From NCBI GenBank assembly GCA_905178155.1, contig CAJINV010000025.1, forward strand, positions 11,445 to 75,444: a DNA stretch of 64,000 bases, given 5' to 3'. Of this stretch, positions 22,845 through 37,800 are shown in pieces. The translations under genes and the position numbers were made by a program. This DNA is from Amoebophrya sp. A120 (lineage: Eukaryota; Protista; Dinoflagellata). Position 1 is the stretch's first letter. Every line of letters begins with the position of its first letter. Under the pieces are notes generated by a model. It worked only from the letters and a program-made list of their open reading frames with translations, was not told the DNA's origin and searched no databases.

Positions 22845-25800
22845 ATGTCCGGCACGACAGGGGAAGCAGTAGAAGCAGCGTGCAACGACGACCTGACAGA
22901 GGACATCAACGGAGTAGACGTCCCCACTGGTCGGATCACTCGTCGCATTTCTACGCAAACCGACTTCGGCGAAGACTACAGCGGCGCAAGCTTCTCCCCA
23001 CAGCAGCAGCAGGACCAGCACGACCACTTTTCTTCCTCTCTCCACGACCCGGTCGCACTCGCTGCCGTTGCAGCCGCGAGGGACAGGCATCAAGTAGAGC
23101 ACAGCGTTTCTGTGGAAGAGCCGGTAAACTGCTGCGTCTCCGTGACCGCCAAGCGGCTGTGGTATTCTGAGTAAAAACGTCCCCATACGACCAGAGTCAA
23201 GATGGAAAATCAGCTAGACAAATCGGCCAACTTTGGTTGTTTCGCATGACAAGTTTCGATCCTTGTAGTGTAATCCTGTTTAGCTAGTTCAGCAGCATGA
23301 CAGGTCTAGCATATCATGCCACTTCTAGCATCACAAATCCCAAAGCACGACTAGAAAAAGCCTCGCATGGGGCTTCGCATGAGAACCTTTTTCGGCATGC
23401 AGATTTGCATGACAGCTCTGGGGCGGGGATGTTTTTACTCGGAATATGTGGACCAGCATGTTTCAGCGCGCTGCAGCTCCGGCGTTGCCGCCCTCCAACC
23501 TGCGGGCTGTATCCTGTGCAAAAGTACTATCGTACTCGTAGTAATCGCAGTCATGCATTACAAATCTCCGTCCCAAGGTTAAACAGCATGACAAATTCCA
23601 TGCGTCATGCTGAGCTAATTTGTATTGCAATTAGTACTAGCACGATACTTTTGCAATTCATAGGCGGGGACAAGCGGCCACTCAGTAGCAGGCTCAACCA
23701 GCATCAGCCCGAATGAACAGGATTACTACACCGTGCGCTCCTACCAGACCGGTATTCTGAGTAAAAACGTCCCCACCCCAGAGTTGTCATGCAAATCTGC
23801 ATGCCAAAAAAGTTTCTCATGCGGAGCCCCATGAGAAGCATTTTCTAGTCGTGTTTTGGATTTTGTGATGCTGGAATCGGCAGCACCGTAGGCTAGATCT
23901 GTGATGCTGCTGACCTACCTCAAACAGGATTGCACTACGAGGGCAAACTTGTCATGCGAAGCAACTACAGCTGGTTGATTTGTCTAGCAGATGTCCCATC
24001 TTGACTCTGGTGTGGGGACGTTTTTGCTCAGGATAACCGGGCTTCTACCTGGTTCGAAGACCTCCAGTCGCGGGTCCACCCCGACCTTTCAGTCCGCCTT
24101 GCAGAGTATGCATTGCAAATATGTCTGGATGTCTGGAAGGGTGTGAACTTGTGATGCGCATTTCACAAAATATACAAATCTCTCATGCGTAGGCAGCAAA
24201 AGATTTACTGCCACCAAAGTGGGGGATTTGTCATGTGGATTAGGCATTTATAATTGCGGAATCTTCATCTCCAAACCTGTGATGCTAGGGCTTTCATGCC
24301 AGAGCCTCTGTGTCATGCAAAAACTACAGCACGACTTCTTCCAGACCCACACATATTTGCATTTGATACAGAGTCCGTTCGGGCAGAGCACGTCCGGAAA
24401 GATGTTGGCCACCACGACCCCGCATGACCACGTCCAGAGCGGGACACCATCATCAACTACATCATTACTCACCGCTATGCAGCAGCGACACACCGTGGGA
24501 GGATCTTCTGTCGGAACAACATCTTCAAGTTCTGCTTCCTCTTCGCACCTGCTTTCCCATAGCAGCAGTGGCTCCAGGTTGCATCATCTTCACCAGCAGC
24601 AGCTGCGCACTGCGTCGCAATCGACGACGTCCTCCTCGTCCATGATGCATAGAGGGGCAGGAGGAGCTGCACCCGCGAATAACTACGCACCCGGGACGAG
24701 GACGAGCGCGACCGCAAGTAGTTCTTCCACCAGACCCGTTAGTGGTGCGGCTGCTATGCATCATGCTGGTGCACAAGAACATCATCATCAATTGGCGCCA
24801 GCACAAAGTAGTAGCCACTTGCACGGGAGCAAGTCGTCCGGTGCGCTGCACCAGTCGAACCTGTTACAGCAGCAGCACGGAACATCAACAACCTCAAGCC
24901 ACCCTGCGCGGAGCAGCTCACGGCCCCAGCTGCTCAACCGGCCACCGCTGCTGCAAAAACGGCCCTCGCGGGCGGACCTGCTGCAAAGTCGGCCGCGAGG
25001 GACCACGACGACGACGAACACCGGTGGTGCGGGGGGTGGTGCAGGCGCAGGTGTTGCTCCTGCTGTAGTGCAAGGACACCATCAGCAGCAGGGTACTAGT
25101 AGTACTTCTTCTACTACAGTGCGCCGAAGCGGTCAACACGGACTGGTGCAGCAGCAGCAAATAAACCCTGCAAGAACTTCTACTTCTAGTAGTTCATCTC
25201 CCTTGCAGAAGATTCCGAGTCCGACCTCGCTGGAGGAATTTATTCCTCATCCGGATCAACATCTTGATGTCGCAGGTCCGTACCAGATCCGAGAACTGTC
25301 GTCGAGCCCACTGGAACACGACTCTGTGAAAATGAACGCTATGCCTTGCAAAAATGTCTGGGTCTGCAAGGTCGCAACCTGTCATGCTGTTTTTGGATTC
25401 TAGGAAAATTTGTGTTGCATGACCAGCAAGAGGGGTCCAGTTTGTGCTACACGGACAGGGCATTTCTCATGCGGAAGGCGCATCAGGAAGCCCTCAGAAT
25501 GTCTGTGATGCTAGGTCGTGCATTACAGGCATCATTGGCCATGAGAAATATGCATGACAAATCTAGCATTCTTCCAGACCCAGACACTTTTGCAATTCAT
25601 AAACGCTGGCGGGCCGCATTTGAAGCAATTTAGTAGATCTTCGGGTCCTGCTGCCGGTGGTGCCACCAGTTGTAGTACCACGGAAGCTGCCCCTGCTCTT
25701 GCAAGAACCGGAGCTAGTACTTTTTCCGGGATAAAAAAGACAACCGCTTCACCCACCTCGTCCCCCGTCTCCACCCAGGGCCAAGGAGTCCCGCAAGTGC

Positions 25801-28800
25801 CGCAGCTTCATCGAAGCGGAAGCAGCAGCAGCTCCTTGTCGCGGAGCAGCTCGAAAATCTCCTCTGTTGCGAGCAAAGAGCAGAGAAGTGGAGGTGGTTC
25901 TCGTAGTACTATGTTGAACAGCAGCATTCCTGTCGCCGAGCAACAGAGGATCGTCACAGCGCCGCGCATCAGCAGTCGCGAGGTCGTGACCGGCGGTGGC
26001 ACAACGGCCGTTGCAACGACGTCAAGCTCTCCATCTACTTCCGCTGTGGAGCCTAGTCTACTCGCGAGCAGCTCGACCAAACCCCGCCCCGCGCGCAAGG
26101 TGCAAGGAGTGGGAGCTGGTGCGCCGAGTCCGAGCGGAACTGCAGCTCCTGCATCGAGTAGCAGTGTCGTGTCTTCTTCCACCTCCTCTGTGCTACGCGA
26201 GTCTACCACTGCGACTGGCTCAGGACAACTACAACTACGCGAAGACCGGCTCATCTCGCACCAGGAACAGCGGGCAAGTATGCACTGCAAATTTTTTGTC
26301 CTCTGGGTCTGCAAGGATACAACTCTGTCATGCGTGTGTACTCAAATGACTGTTAAGTCTGTGTATTGCATTGTGCTTAGTCCAACTTCTATTCACAGAT
26401 CATGAGTTGTGTCACAACTCTCCAGGCCCAGATCGATATTTGCAGTTGATAGCGAGCAGGAACATGCAATCTAGCCCGGTCGATCCGCTGTCGCGCCCCA
26501 TTCAGATCAACGACGAGTTCTACAGAGAAGTAAAAAACTCGACGTCCTCGATATAATCCGCTCAGGTGTTACAATCTCAAATCGGTTGCAATGGAATATG
26601 GAAATCTGTGATGCAAGAGTGCATGATCTAGCCAACTCTCATAGGGTTGCGCATGACAAGTTCCGGAGCCCCGAACCCCACTACGAACTGGAGATATTTG
26701 CATTGCAGAAAGTGGAATGGTCTGCGAGTCTGTCATGCTCATGATGCAACACAAATTCCAACCTCTATGGTAACCGGTTTGAGACTGTGACGTTTGAGCA
26801 CGTCATACTCGAAAAGCACCGACCGCGAGGCGGAGGGGAACAGCTGTTCCGTCGAGGTCGTGCAGATATCAATTGCAAAACTGTCTGGGTCTGGAAGATT
26901 CTGAGACTTGTCATGCACCTTTTGCATGAGCCATGATGTCTGTGATGCATGCCGTAGCGTCACAGATCTTTTGCGGAGTTCTTGATGCCTATTCCGCATG
27001 ACAAATGGTCTCTCCGCGTATTTCCACCTTGCTCGCGGGCTTGGATGGTAAGGGGGTTCTGCCACACATAGCGCCCACTGGCCGTACATGCGCGTAAGAA
27101 ATCGATAGCGGTTCTGCGGTTGCGGTCGGGTGATAGTTAGGAAGTGGATCGGGTATCCACCTAGGGGTATTGGCAGAGGCTAAATCTGTTCTAACGCCCA
27201 GGTATTGGCAGAGGCTAAATCTGTTCTAACGCCAACCCGCCAGGAGTCAAATGGTCACTACTACTACTGCTACGCGTAGCAAAAATCACACCTCCTTTGC
27301 TGCTCATGCAATGCAAATTTTTTTGGAATCCGAATGCAGCATCACAAGTTCCATCCTCCCAGACCCAGACACTTTTGCATTTGATAGCAGATGGTGAGCA
27401 GCAACAGCACATCGCCCGTTGGGGACAATGACGGGGGGTGCTTTGCTGCGCTTCCGTTCCCGAACGGCAGTAAATCGCTCACCGCAGTGACGGCGGACAA
27501 CTTTGTCAACGATTTGCTGATGGACGGCGTCCAGCAGGCGGGGAAGCAAGTCCGGGGAGGTATCAAAGTGAAAGATCCCCCCTCCCCATATTGAAACGAA
27601 AACTTCTGTTGCTGGATTTGTGTACACAATGTCTTGCAATGAAGCACCACAGGCAAAGCCTCAGCCTGCGTAGGGGTGTTTTGTTGTAGGCGCTTAGTAT
27701 AACAGAGGCCTGCCATGTAGGTAAAACAGCATTACAAATCGCCACCACAAGGCGGCGGATTCTTTGGATTTGCCTTCTGGCAAGACAGACGTGATTTGTG
27801 GTCTGAAATCAGCAACACAAATTTGCGGAAACATACCTTTTCGATATGGGGAGGGGGGATTTTTCCTTTCAATCGGAGGAGCAGCGTCCTTAACGGCGAC
27901 AAACTCGTCACACGAAGAAAATCTTGCCAAGCTGTCCTACAGGAGCAGTGCTGTCGTGTCCGTCGTGGAAGTTCTCGGAGTGGAAGGAAGTCCGTCTTCC
28001 GTACCTCGGGACATCAGTAGGGCATCGGTTGACCACGACCACGCTTACAACCCGGAAGAAGATGGTGGCAACAACTTCCGCACCAGCACGATGTCTTTCC
28101 GACCCAGCACGAGGCAGCCGAGGTCAACTATCCCACGAAAAAAGTGTTACAGTTACACATTTGTAGTCGACTCCGCAACACAAATTTCTCTGCGTGAGTG
28201 AGAAAACTTGTAATTACACAAATAGAACACACTTCAATTCCAAAATAAATCTCCTTTCTTCCTTTTTTCCTTGTTTCCTTTTTCTTTCCATTCGCACGCA
28301 ATAATTATCGCTACGGGCCTTGAGCGCTAGCCTAAACCGGCCGCAATTCACTTTTTGTAATGCAGAAATCCTACGGGAAAACACCGATGAAACGAGGCTT
28401 GTATGCATATCCGGCATGACAGAGCTTGTCTGTCTTGCTTGGCCTACAACACAATGTGTAACTGTAACACTTTTTTCTTGCGATATCAACGGAAGAGCTG
28501 CTCGGGAAGCCGGACTACGTCGTGGAAGATGATGCGGGTCATCTGCCGGGTACTGGTTATAATCCACTGGACCCACGAGCGACGACGATGATCGTACGTG
28601 ATAGTACAACAGCAGCAGGAGACCACAACCACGGTGGTGATGAGGAGGGCACCAGCCGAGGAGAAGGAGAACTACTACCTGTGTCGCAGGAAATAAAACT
28701 ACTCGGCGGGGCAGCACGAGGCGAGAAAGCCGCGTCTTCTAGCCCGATCTTCGACAGCGCTGTGGAGGTTTTGCCGCAGGATGGAGAAGAGGGTGTTTCG

Positions 28801-31800
28801 GTTTCCACCGGGCGAGAACAGCGAGGGGAAAAAAGCAACAGCGACGAAGCATTAGACCAAACAGGCCGCGCGAACGCGAAGTCTTCAAAAGCCACTAACT
28901 CGCCCAGTGCAGATGTTGAAGGAGTAGAGCAAGTGGCGTCCTCTAGCAAGCAGACACTAAGCAAAGAAAGTGCTAACAGTCAAGACAGCGCGACCGCAAC
29001 GACGCCAGTGGACCCGCGCGAGCTGAAGCTGGAAATCAACCGGTTGAAATTCAAACTGAAAGACTCGGTTCGGGTTCGCGACCAATGGAAGAAACAACAC
29101 ACTACCACGCAGCTGAAAATGCGGCAAATGGAGTCCGAGTTGACGGAGCTAAAGCGCGCGACGTTGACCTCCACCGCGGACCTCCTCCGCGGGACGAGTA
29201 ATATGGCGGTGGACGATGGCGCACTACCAGGAAACGGTTCTGCGTCCAGTTCCTCCCAACCTAGCCGGCAGCGCGCGCAAACCGCAGGCGTGGAAAGCAC
29301 TTCGGGGCTGTTGATGTCTTCTGGGGGTGGAGGTGGCATGGACAACACGAACGACAGCCAGAACAATTCGGTCTTGTCGGAACAGATCGAGCAGTGGAAA
29401 AAGGAAAAGGAGGAACTCGAGAAGGAAAATCTGAAAAAGGAGCAGGCCTTAAAGCAAGCCATGGAAAAGCTGCAATTGGTTCAGCAGGAAAAGGAAAATC
29501 TCGAAAAAACGATGAACGACGTAACGAACGGTGGGAACAACACAACAACTGTGCCAACTATGCAAGGAAAAAACTACGTGAGTGTAAGTCTGTGATGCAG
29601 AAAATGCAAAACTGTATACACTTGTCATGCCAGACAACCATGAAGTTCCCTTTTCGTTATGTGTGTTTTGTTCCCTTACAAGCCACGCATGGCAGGTTTT
29701 CTCAGTGATGTAGAGCAAATTTGTAATGCTGGCAGCGAAAAGAAAGCTGCTGCTACACTAACACAGGTTTTTTCTTGGATACCAACATCGTCAACGTCCT
29801 TGACTTCTCCCACGGACCTGCGTAACCAGCTGATCGCGCAGACCTTCTCGCAGTCACAGGCAAGTCAGGGAACAATAAATCTAAGCGGTGCCGCAGCACC
29901 TGCTGGCCAAGAACAGGAGGGAACGACAGACGCGCAAACTGCTGCTGGCCTCGGGAAAGGTGGAATATCAGCCGCCGGTGCAGGAGCACCGCCGCAAACT
30001 AAAGGCGCACCAGCTCCTGCACCACCGTCTACTACGAAGGGACCGTCGCTCGGGAAAGGCGGGCCGCAGAGCGTGCCCGCGCCGCCGCCGGCGATGAAAG
30101 GAACCGGCGCGCCGCTCCCCGTGGTGCCGAAGGCGATGCCGATTAAGGGCAAGGGCAAGGGGAAAGCACAGGAAACGAAAACGAATGGATTGGTGAACAT
30201 CCACTGGAGACCCGCGAAGGAGCTACCGACCAGCGGTGCTGCTGATCCAAACAAGTTTTTGGAGTCGTTTCTCAAGTACAATCAAACGCTCGACGTGGAG
30301 TGCGACGGCGTTCCCGTGAAACTCGAATTCCTCGACTGCGATGTCGGTACTAATGCCGGTGCTGGCATCGGCGTCAACGGCGAGGTGCACCCGCGAAGAA
30401 GGACCATCTACAGTCTGGAAGTGCCCGGAGCTAGTAGTGCTGCGGCGGCCCGTATCACAGGAAAAAAACTGTGTAAGTGTAACTGTGTACGAAGAGCAGC
30501 ATCACAGATTCGTTTTGCATTACAGGGAAAACCTGTCTTGCGTAGCTAGTAGGTGAAAACACGTGTGAAAGTGGCCTATGACGCACATCCAGCATGACAA
30601 TCGTATATAGTTTTCCATTTGCTGCATCACAGATTTACACTCGCATAACTTTTTTCTTGGATAGTCCCGACTTCGTCCTCCGCTGCCAATGACGAGGACG
30701 AGGAGGACGACGATGATGATGAGGACACGAGTTGTAACCCGCCGAGTTCTTGTGTGTCGAAAATGAAACCGCGGTCTGAATCTGCGGACCCGAGAGGCGG
30801 AGGGAACAATTCTTCCTCCTTATCAGAAGGAAAAATCCCCCCTCCCCATATCGAGACGAAGTTTCTGATGCTGGATTTGTTTACACAAATCATATTTGTC
30901 TTGCTGGCAAGGACTGCAGGCCCATATCAAGCCTGAGTAGACTGGTTTTGGCCTAGGCGCTTTGCATGATAGACGTCTACTCTGTAAGTCAAACAGCACG
31001 ACAGACCGCCTGTAGAATGCGGCGGAGCATGTGGAGTTGCCTTCATGCAACACAAAGACGATTTGTGGTCACAAATCAGCGAGCACAAATTTTCGAAAAC
31101 GTGCCTTGTCAATATGGGAAGGGGGGATTTTTCCTTTTGATACTCCTCCTCCTCCTCTGCAAAAGCGTTGCCGGATGACATCCTCACCGAGTATTTTCAG
31201 AAGAAGCGCGCGACAGTGGATCTTACCACGATGACGAAGATTCACGCGACTAATTTCGCGAGCCCCAAGAAAATTCCGGGCACTGGACATATCAAGGGTG
31301 GACACCACGCGAACGGCAGTAACAACGGAGGTGGTGTCCACGGCTTCAACGGGGGCCAGAAGCAAACCGTGCTGCTATTGAAAGGAAAAATCCCCCCTCC
31401 CCATATCAAAAGGAAGTTTCTGATGCTGGATTTGCGTATACAAATCAGTTTTGTCTATCTTGCAGTAGAGGACTGCAGGCTCCTGCCAAGCCTGAGTAGA
31501 GAGCTTTTGGCCTAGGCGCTTAGCATGAGAAACGACTATGCTGTAGGTCCAACACCATCACAAACCGCCTGCATAATGCGGCAGAGCCTGTGGAGTTGTC
31601 TTCTTGCAAGACAGACGTGATTTGTGGTCTCAAATCAGCAAGGTCGACATGGCGATTGTTTGGGGAGGTTCCTAACGGTCCCCTCAGGGCATTGCCTCGT
31701 CGCTGACCTGTGGAGAAAGGCGGTTCAGGTCAGCTTCGGGAAGGGTATCCGGAGTTGAGTTAGCTTCGGCTTTCTCTTGTGTATTCGAGGGCAGTGGTTG

Positions 31801-34800
31801 GCGGAGGTTGTTGGGATGTTCCTAAACGGTCATCCCAGAACATTTGTGTTCCTTTCTGACTTCCTCATTTCCTGTGCAGTATTTTACTGCATATACAGGC
31901 GCCACCCTCGTTTATCACCTCCAGGGCTACGTGCGACCCCTCCGACGCTGCGTGTGGAAGGAGGAAGTTCGGCGTGTTGGGGGTGAGGGACCCCCAACGA
32001 GGCCTACGGATATCAAGGGGAACTAAGGCTCAAATCAGCAAGGCAAATTTTCGGAAACATGCCTTTTCGATATGGGGAGGGAGAATTTTTCCTCTCAATA
32101 GCTGCTCGATGAGAAGCGGATCCGCATGCTGGAAATTCTTCTGCAAAGACAGAAGATGACGACCGGTTTGTCGGGGAAAGACAGCATCCGCGCGATCAAA
32201 AACGCCTTCCTCTCCTGCGACTACGATTTGGTCCCTCTGGACTCGCTGGTCATAGTCCGCAACGTGCACATTGTATCACAAGAAAAAAGCGTTACAGTTA
32301 CACATTTGTTGGAGTTTCTGCATCACAAATTTTTTCCGTGTGGCAGACAAAACTTGTAATGCAAAGATTATAAGGGAAAAAGAAAATACGTAGGAAACGA
32401 GGCTCGCAAGCTTTTCCTGCATGACAAAGGTTGTCTGTCTTGCGGCTCCTGCAACACAATGTGGAACTGTAACACTTTTTTCTTGCGATACATCGTCCAC
32501 GTGGAGCTGGGCGAGCCGGTGCGAAAATTCGTGGAGCAGAATATGGCCTGCTCAAACGTTACAATGATCTCAAACGTGACAATAGAATCTGGAATTTGTA
32601 TTGCATGAAAAGCATGAGGAACGCAGAGAGAATTGAGCTTTTCGCAATACAAATTTTGCCAGATTTCAGGTGGGTTTGGGACTCCGAAACTTGTCAAATG
32701 ATGCGCAATCCTATGTATTAGAGTAGGCTAGATCATGCAGTTCTTGCATTACAGATTTAAAGACTCTGTTGTAACAGTTGAGATTGTAACGTCTGAGCGG
32801 GTCATACAGAACAGTTTGGGGTGTTCCGCCAGCTCCGAGCAGGAATGCATCGACCAGGAGTTGCTGCAGCTAGACCACTATGGAATGCAAATATGTCTGG
32901 GTCTGGAAAGTCGGAACTTGTAATGCTACCTTTCCATTGCTAGGAAATCTGTATTGCATATACCAACAAAAGTCGCAGCCTCTTTTGTCATGCAAAAACG
33001 CAGTTTCTCATACGGAGTTCCTATCAGAAACAGCTCTGGAAAGTTGTCATGCTCGGCTGCATTCGGAACCGTTTCCATCATCCATATCTTCGCATCACAA
33101 GTCTCCAGACATCCAGGGATATTTGCGTTTGATAACCACCCGTTCTGCCACCTGCTCGTGTGGGAGGTGTGTTGTAAGGTGCCCGCGCTGGAACAGCGGC
33201 TCGAGTAAGACCTGCTCAAACGTTACAATCTCAAACGTTACTTACAATAGAATATGGAAATCTGTGATGCAAGAGGTGCATGATCTACCCTACTCCCACA
33301 GGGGTAAACGCATGACAAGTTCTGGAGTCCCAAACCGCACTACAATCTGGTGAAATGTGTATTGCAGAAAGTGGAATGCTGTGCGAGTCTGTCATGCTCA
33401 TCATGCAACACAAAACCCAAATAGTACAGACTCTATTGTACTGACGTTTGAGATTGTAAGGTTTGAGCAGGTCATATCGAGTGCATGATGTTTGCGTCGA
33501 ATTTCGAGCAATTTTACGACAACGCCATGCAGTATGATAATGCACAACTGCCCCTCCCCCTCATTTGTCATGCAAAACACCAAATCCACCCTTTTCTCTT
33601 TTGCACTTCTTGCAAGACAGGTTTCAAAAGCCGAAACAGCACTAGAAATAATATCGGTCGCGAATTTGTCATGCAAAAGCTGCATTCATGCCAGCACTTG
33701 TGTTGCTGCATTCATATGCCCTTCAAATGAGGGGGAGGGGGAGATGTGCACTCTCATATGCGACGGCTAAACATCGCCTACAACGGGCTCCTGACCATCT
33801 ACCGAAAGCGCATGTTCTGCGCGCTGTTTTTCCAGACCGCGAAACGGCTGGGGATATCAAATGCAAAAATGTCTGGGTCTGGAAGAATGCAAGTTTGTCA
33901 TGCTTGTCTGGCATGACTCCAGAAGCTGTGTTGCATAGGCAGGAAAAAGCCCTCTTACCTGTCATGCAAAAACGCAGTTTACCATGCGGAATACGTAAGA
34001 CCACATGGCAGCCAAAAAATTTGTCATGCATAGCTGCTTATTGCAGTGCGTTTATCATTCACTTTATAGCATTACAAGTTTCCAGTCCCAGACATATTTG
34101 CAATCCATAGGGGAACCAGCTGAACAAAGGGTCCAACGTTTCGATATCAAATGTAAAAATGTCTGGGTCTGGAAGGTTGCAACTTGTGATGCTGTCTTTG
34201 GAAGGTAAAAAAAATCTGTATTGCATGACCAGCAAGAGGAGTTCAGTTTGTGCTACGCGGAGTGGGCGTTATTTCTTATGCGGAATACGCATCAGAAGGC
34301 CCTTGAAAAATCTGTGATGCTACGTCATGCATCACAGACATCATGGGTCATGGAAAATATGCATGACAAGCCTGGCAATCTTCCAGACCCCGACATTTTT
34401 GCACTTGATATAGTTCCGCTTTGCTCAAATCTCGGTGAGACCGACCGCGCCGGCGGGGGGCCGAGTGGGCCTCGACTGGAACTGGATTTTTTCATCATCG
34501 CATGATCAGATTGCGAATTATGCTGCTGCTGGTTAGTCATTTCCCCGGAACCACGAGCAGGTGGTTGCAGGTGCTGCTGCTGCTGCTGTCCACCCTCTTC
34601 CACAAAAGTTCTCGGTGTCACCGCCCTCTGCGGCGGCCCCGAGAAAACGCCCGAGGGCATGGCCTTCGTTCTCGCGCTGGAGGATAGGAGTTGCCCCTTC
34701 AGCGACTCCTCTTCCTTCGACAGGCGCATCGGCGCTAAATTGCCCTTCGAATTTTTCCTGCGGTTGGTTGCGACAGAGACGATCTCTTCGACGGGAGAAT

Positions 34801-37800
34801 TCCGCGCGGTATTCGGGCGGCTGGAGGAGGAGGAAGTGGATGGTACTAAGGCAGCACCGGCATAAGCCGCATTGTTGCTCGTCCCTGATGAAGCAGCTTT
34901 GGTGCTCGCGCCGGATGAAGTGGCAGCACCTCCTTCTGTTGTGCTTCCAGAGGCGGCGCCGCCTCTACTAGAAATACTTCCGCTCGTCATAATTCCGCCC
35001 CCGCGCGTCATTGTGACAAAATTGTTCGTCCGCGGGGTCGTGGTCCGGCTGCTGCTACTCGTCTTGCCAGGACGCTGTGAAAACCTTTCGACCACCTCCT
35101 CATTCTCCGTATTGCAGCTTTCCCGCTCGCTATCCCGCTCGCTGTGCGAGTTGTTGTAGTTGTTTTCGTCCTGGTCTTATGCACTGCAAAAGTAATATCG
35201 TACTCTGGTTGTACTAATTGCAGGTATGCTTGATAAATGTGCTTCCACCAAAGGTAAACTAGCAATAGAATGAGAAAGAGAATCTCCATTTCTCATGCTG
35301 AGAATTATAAAACTTGTATTCTGCAATTTGTACGTACCCAGTACGGTCCTTTTGCGATGCATAGGTCTTCATTGACACTGCTTCGCTTTTTCCACGGCGG
35401 CTCGTGCGCGTCGGCCGAGGAGGTGCGGAGGCGGGAGGTAGGCTTGATTGTCTTACCACCGTTATTTGTAGTCGACTTCGCTGTCGACGATGTACAACCT
35501 GAATTGGCAGCTCCTCCTGCTGCTGCTGCCCCCGACCGATTAGAGCCGCGGTCTTTCTGAGGATCCGGCTCCTCGCCATTCGACGAAAGCGTCGGAGAAA
35601 CCTTGTAGCGGTAATCCTGCGACGACCGACTCGGTGGGTGGTAGGACGAGCTGCTGGGGTACTGCGAGCCCTGCTGCTGTTCGGTCGTGTTGAAGATGTT
35701 GAGTAAGTACTTAAGCTGCTCAAGCATGACACAGGGTTTTTCATATGTGCGATGCTGCATGACAACCTTATAGTTTTTATCAAAAATTCTAGTAAAAAAA
35801 TACCACATTCCGTCGGCCCGTTCCCCCGCCACCTCCCACATTCGTGTCGCTCGCTCTGGCAGTGGTCTGCTCTTCCGCACTTTCACTGCTGCTTCTCCGG
35901 CGCACCTGCCTCGCGCGTTGCCGCGATTCCTGGCGGGACCGAACGGAGACCGAGCGGAGGGACGACTTGTGTAGGGCGGTTATGCATTGCAAAAGCATTG
36001 TACTAGTATAAATTGCATCACAAATTTTGGCAAGAAGAAAAGTGGCATTTGTAATGCTGTTTTACATTAGGATTAGACTTGTCATGCATATTTGCAATTA
36101 GTACGAGTACGATACTTTTGCACAGGATAGCGGTCGCATAGACTTTATTTCCTTTCTCCCCGTTTATTTCCACCTCTTCCTCCGTGCTGCTGCGGCCCGG
36201 GGGGATGGAATTGGTCGAGTATGACCTGCTCAAACGTTACAATCTCAAACGTTACAATAGAGTCTGGGTTTTGTATTGCATGACGAGCATGACAGACTCG
36301 GACAGCATTCCACTTTCTGCAATACAAATTTCGCCAGACTGCAGTGCGGATTGGGACTCCAGAACTTGTCATGCGCAATCCTATGAGAGTTGGCTAGATA
36401 ATGCACTTCTTGCAACACAAGTTCCAGATTCTATTGTAACGTCTGAGATTGTAACGGCTGAGCAGGTTATATCGACGACTTGCTTTTTGGGGGAACCATG
36501 GTGGACGCCGCCGCAGCTACGCCAGTGGCACTAGTTCCGGTTGGCGGGGACGAAGCCGATTTCTCGAGGAACAGCTTCCCAGCACCGGAAGTTGAAGAAG
36601 ATGCCCCCGGTTGCTGAGCAGACGCACCGTTATTGGAAATGACGGAGCTTCGCTGGCTGTCCCTCCGGTTGCTCGAGTCATACACGACGATTTGTCCATT
36701 GTTACCCGCCGTTGATGTTCCTGCAGTCCCAGCAGCAGCTCCACCACCATTCATCTCCGAGTTCACGCTCGCCCGTTATGCATTGCAAAAGCACCGTACT
36801 AGTATGAATTGCATTACAAATTTCCTCAGCATGAGAAATGCAATTTGTAATGCTGATTGACCTTAGGAAAAAGATTTGTATATGCATAACTGCAATTACT
36901 ACGAGTACGATACTTTTGCACAGGATACCCGTCGATCCAACACGAAATCTGGCCCGTCGGACAAAAACGAATCCTCAAGCGGGTTGTTGCTGTCCAGATC
37001 GTCGTTGTTGTTTCCTATGCTGTTCCGCCTCCTGGTGGCCAAGGCGTTTGCGCTCAGCTCCAGCCGACTCACGATTTTTTCCCGGAGCGGGCGAAGCCCC
37101 GGGCCCTCCAAATCCCGGAACGCCTTGCTGCAGTGGTTGGAAAAGTCGAACATGATCTGAAACAGATCCTTGCTCCCGCTCGCCTCACTCGGGGGCGGCC
37201 ACAAACTTCCCACATCGTCGAAGAAGATACCCAGCTCCTTGTAGGTCTGGAACACATTGCAGGCGTACACCGCAATTTGGCTGGCCCGGTCGCGCGCGTT
37301 CTCGACGAAAGTGCCCATAACCTAATTTTTCTTTTTGTGGGGAAGATCTTTTTTATCAGTAGACTATGCTTCCACGACGCATGAGAAATGTTGACTCAGT
37401 AGAAAGCCGCGCATGACAAATAAAGAGCAGCAACATTTTGTACGTCTTGGAACTGGTCGTTTTGGTCGTATTCCGTGGGCATCATGGTCAGCCGCCGCTT
37501 GTTATCAAATGTAAAAAATGTCTGGGTCTGGGAGGATGGAACTTGTGATGCTGCCTTTGGATTCTACATAAAATCTGTATTGCATGAGTAGCAAAAGGAG
37601 AAGTATAGTTTTTGCTTCGTTTTCATTTCATTGAGACGGGCCCCCAGTGGTCGTCCTCACGGTGTCATCCTGGCCCTAGGCTGTTTTGGACAGATGTTGG
37701 TTGTGCCCAGCAAGATGACGGCTCCGCCCGGGCAAATGTTGGTAATGTGATACAAGGATAGGGCATTTGTCATCCGGAATAAGCATCAAGGTGCCCTCAA

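Noticed and set aside
32274-34410. Repeat-spacer-like alternation resembling a CRISPR array
   Set aside because: The repeats are inverted pairs with 5-bp duplications, the spacers are formin exons, and there are no cas genes.
34325-37318. Independent minus-strand gene nested in the formin locus
   Set aside because: Its exons supply the missing FH2 half and join in frame at both swapped-flank breakpoints.
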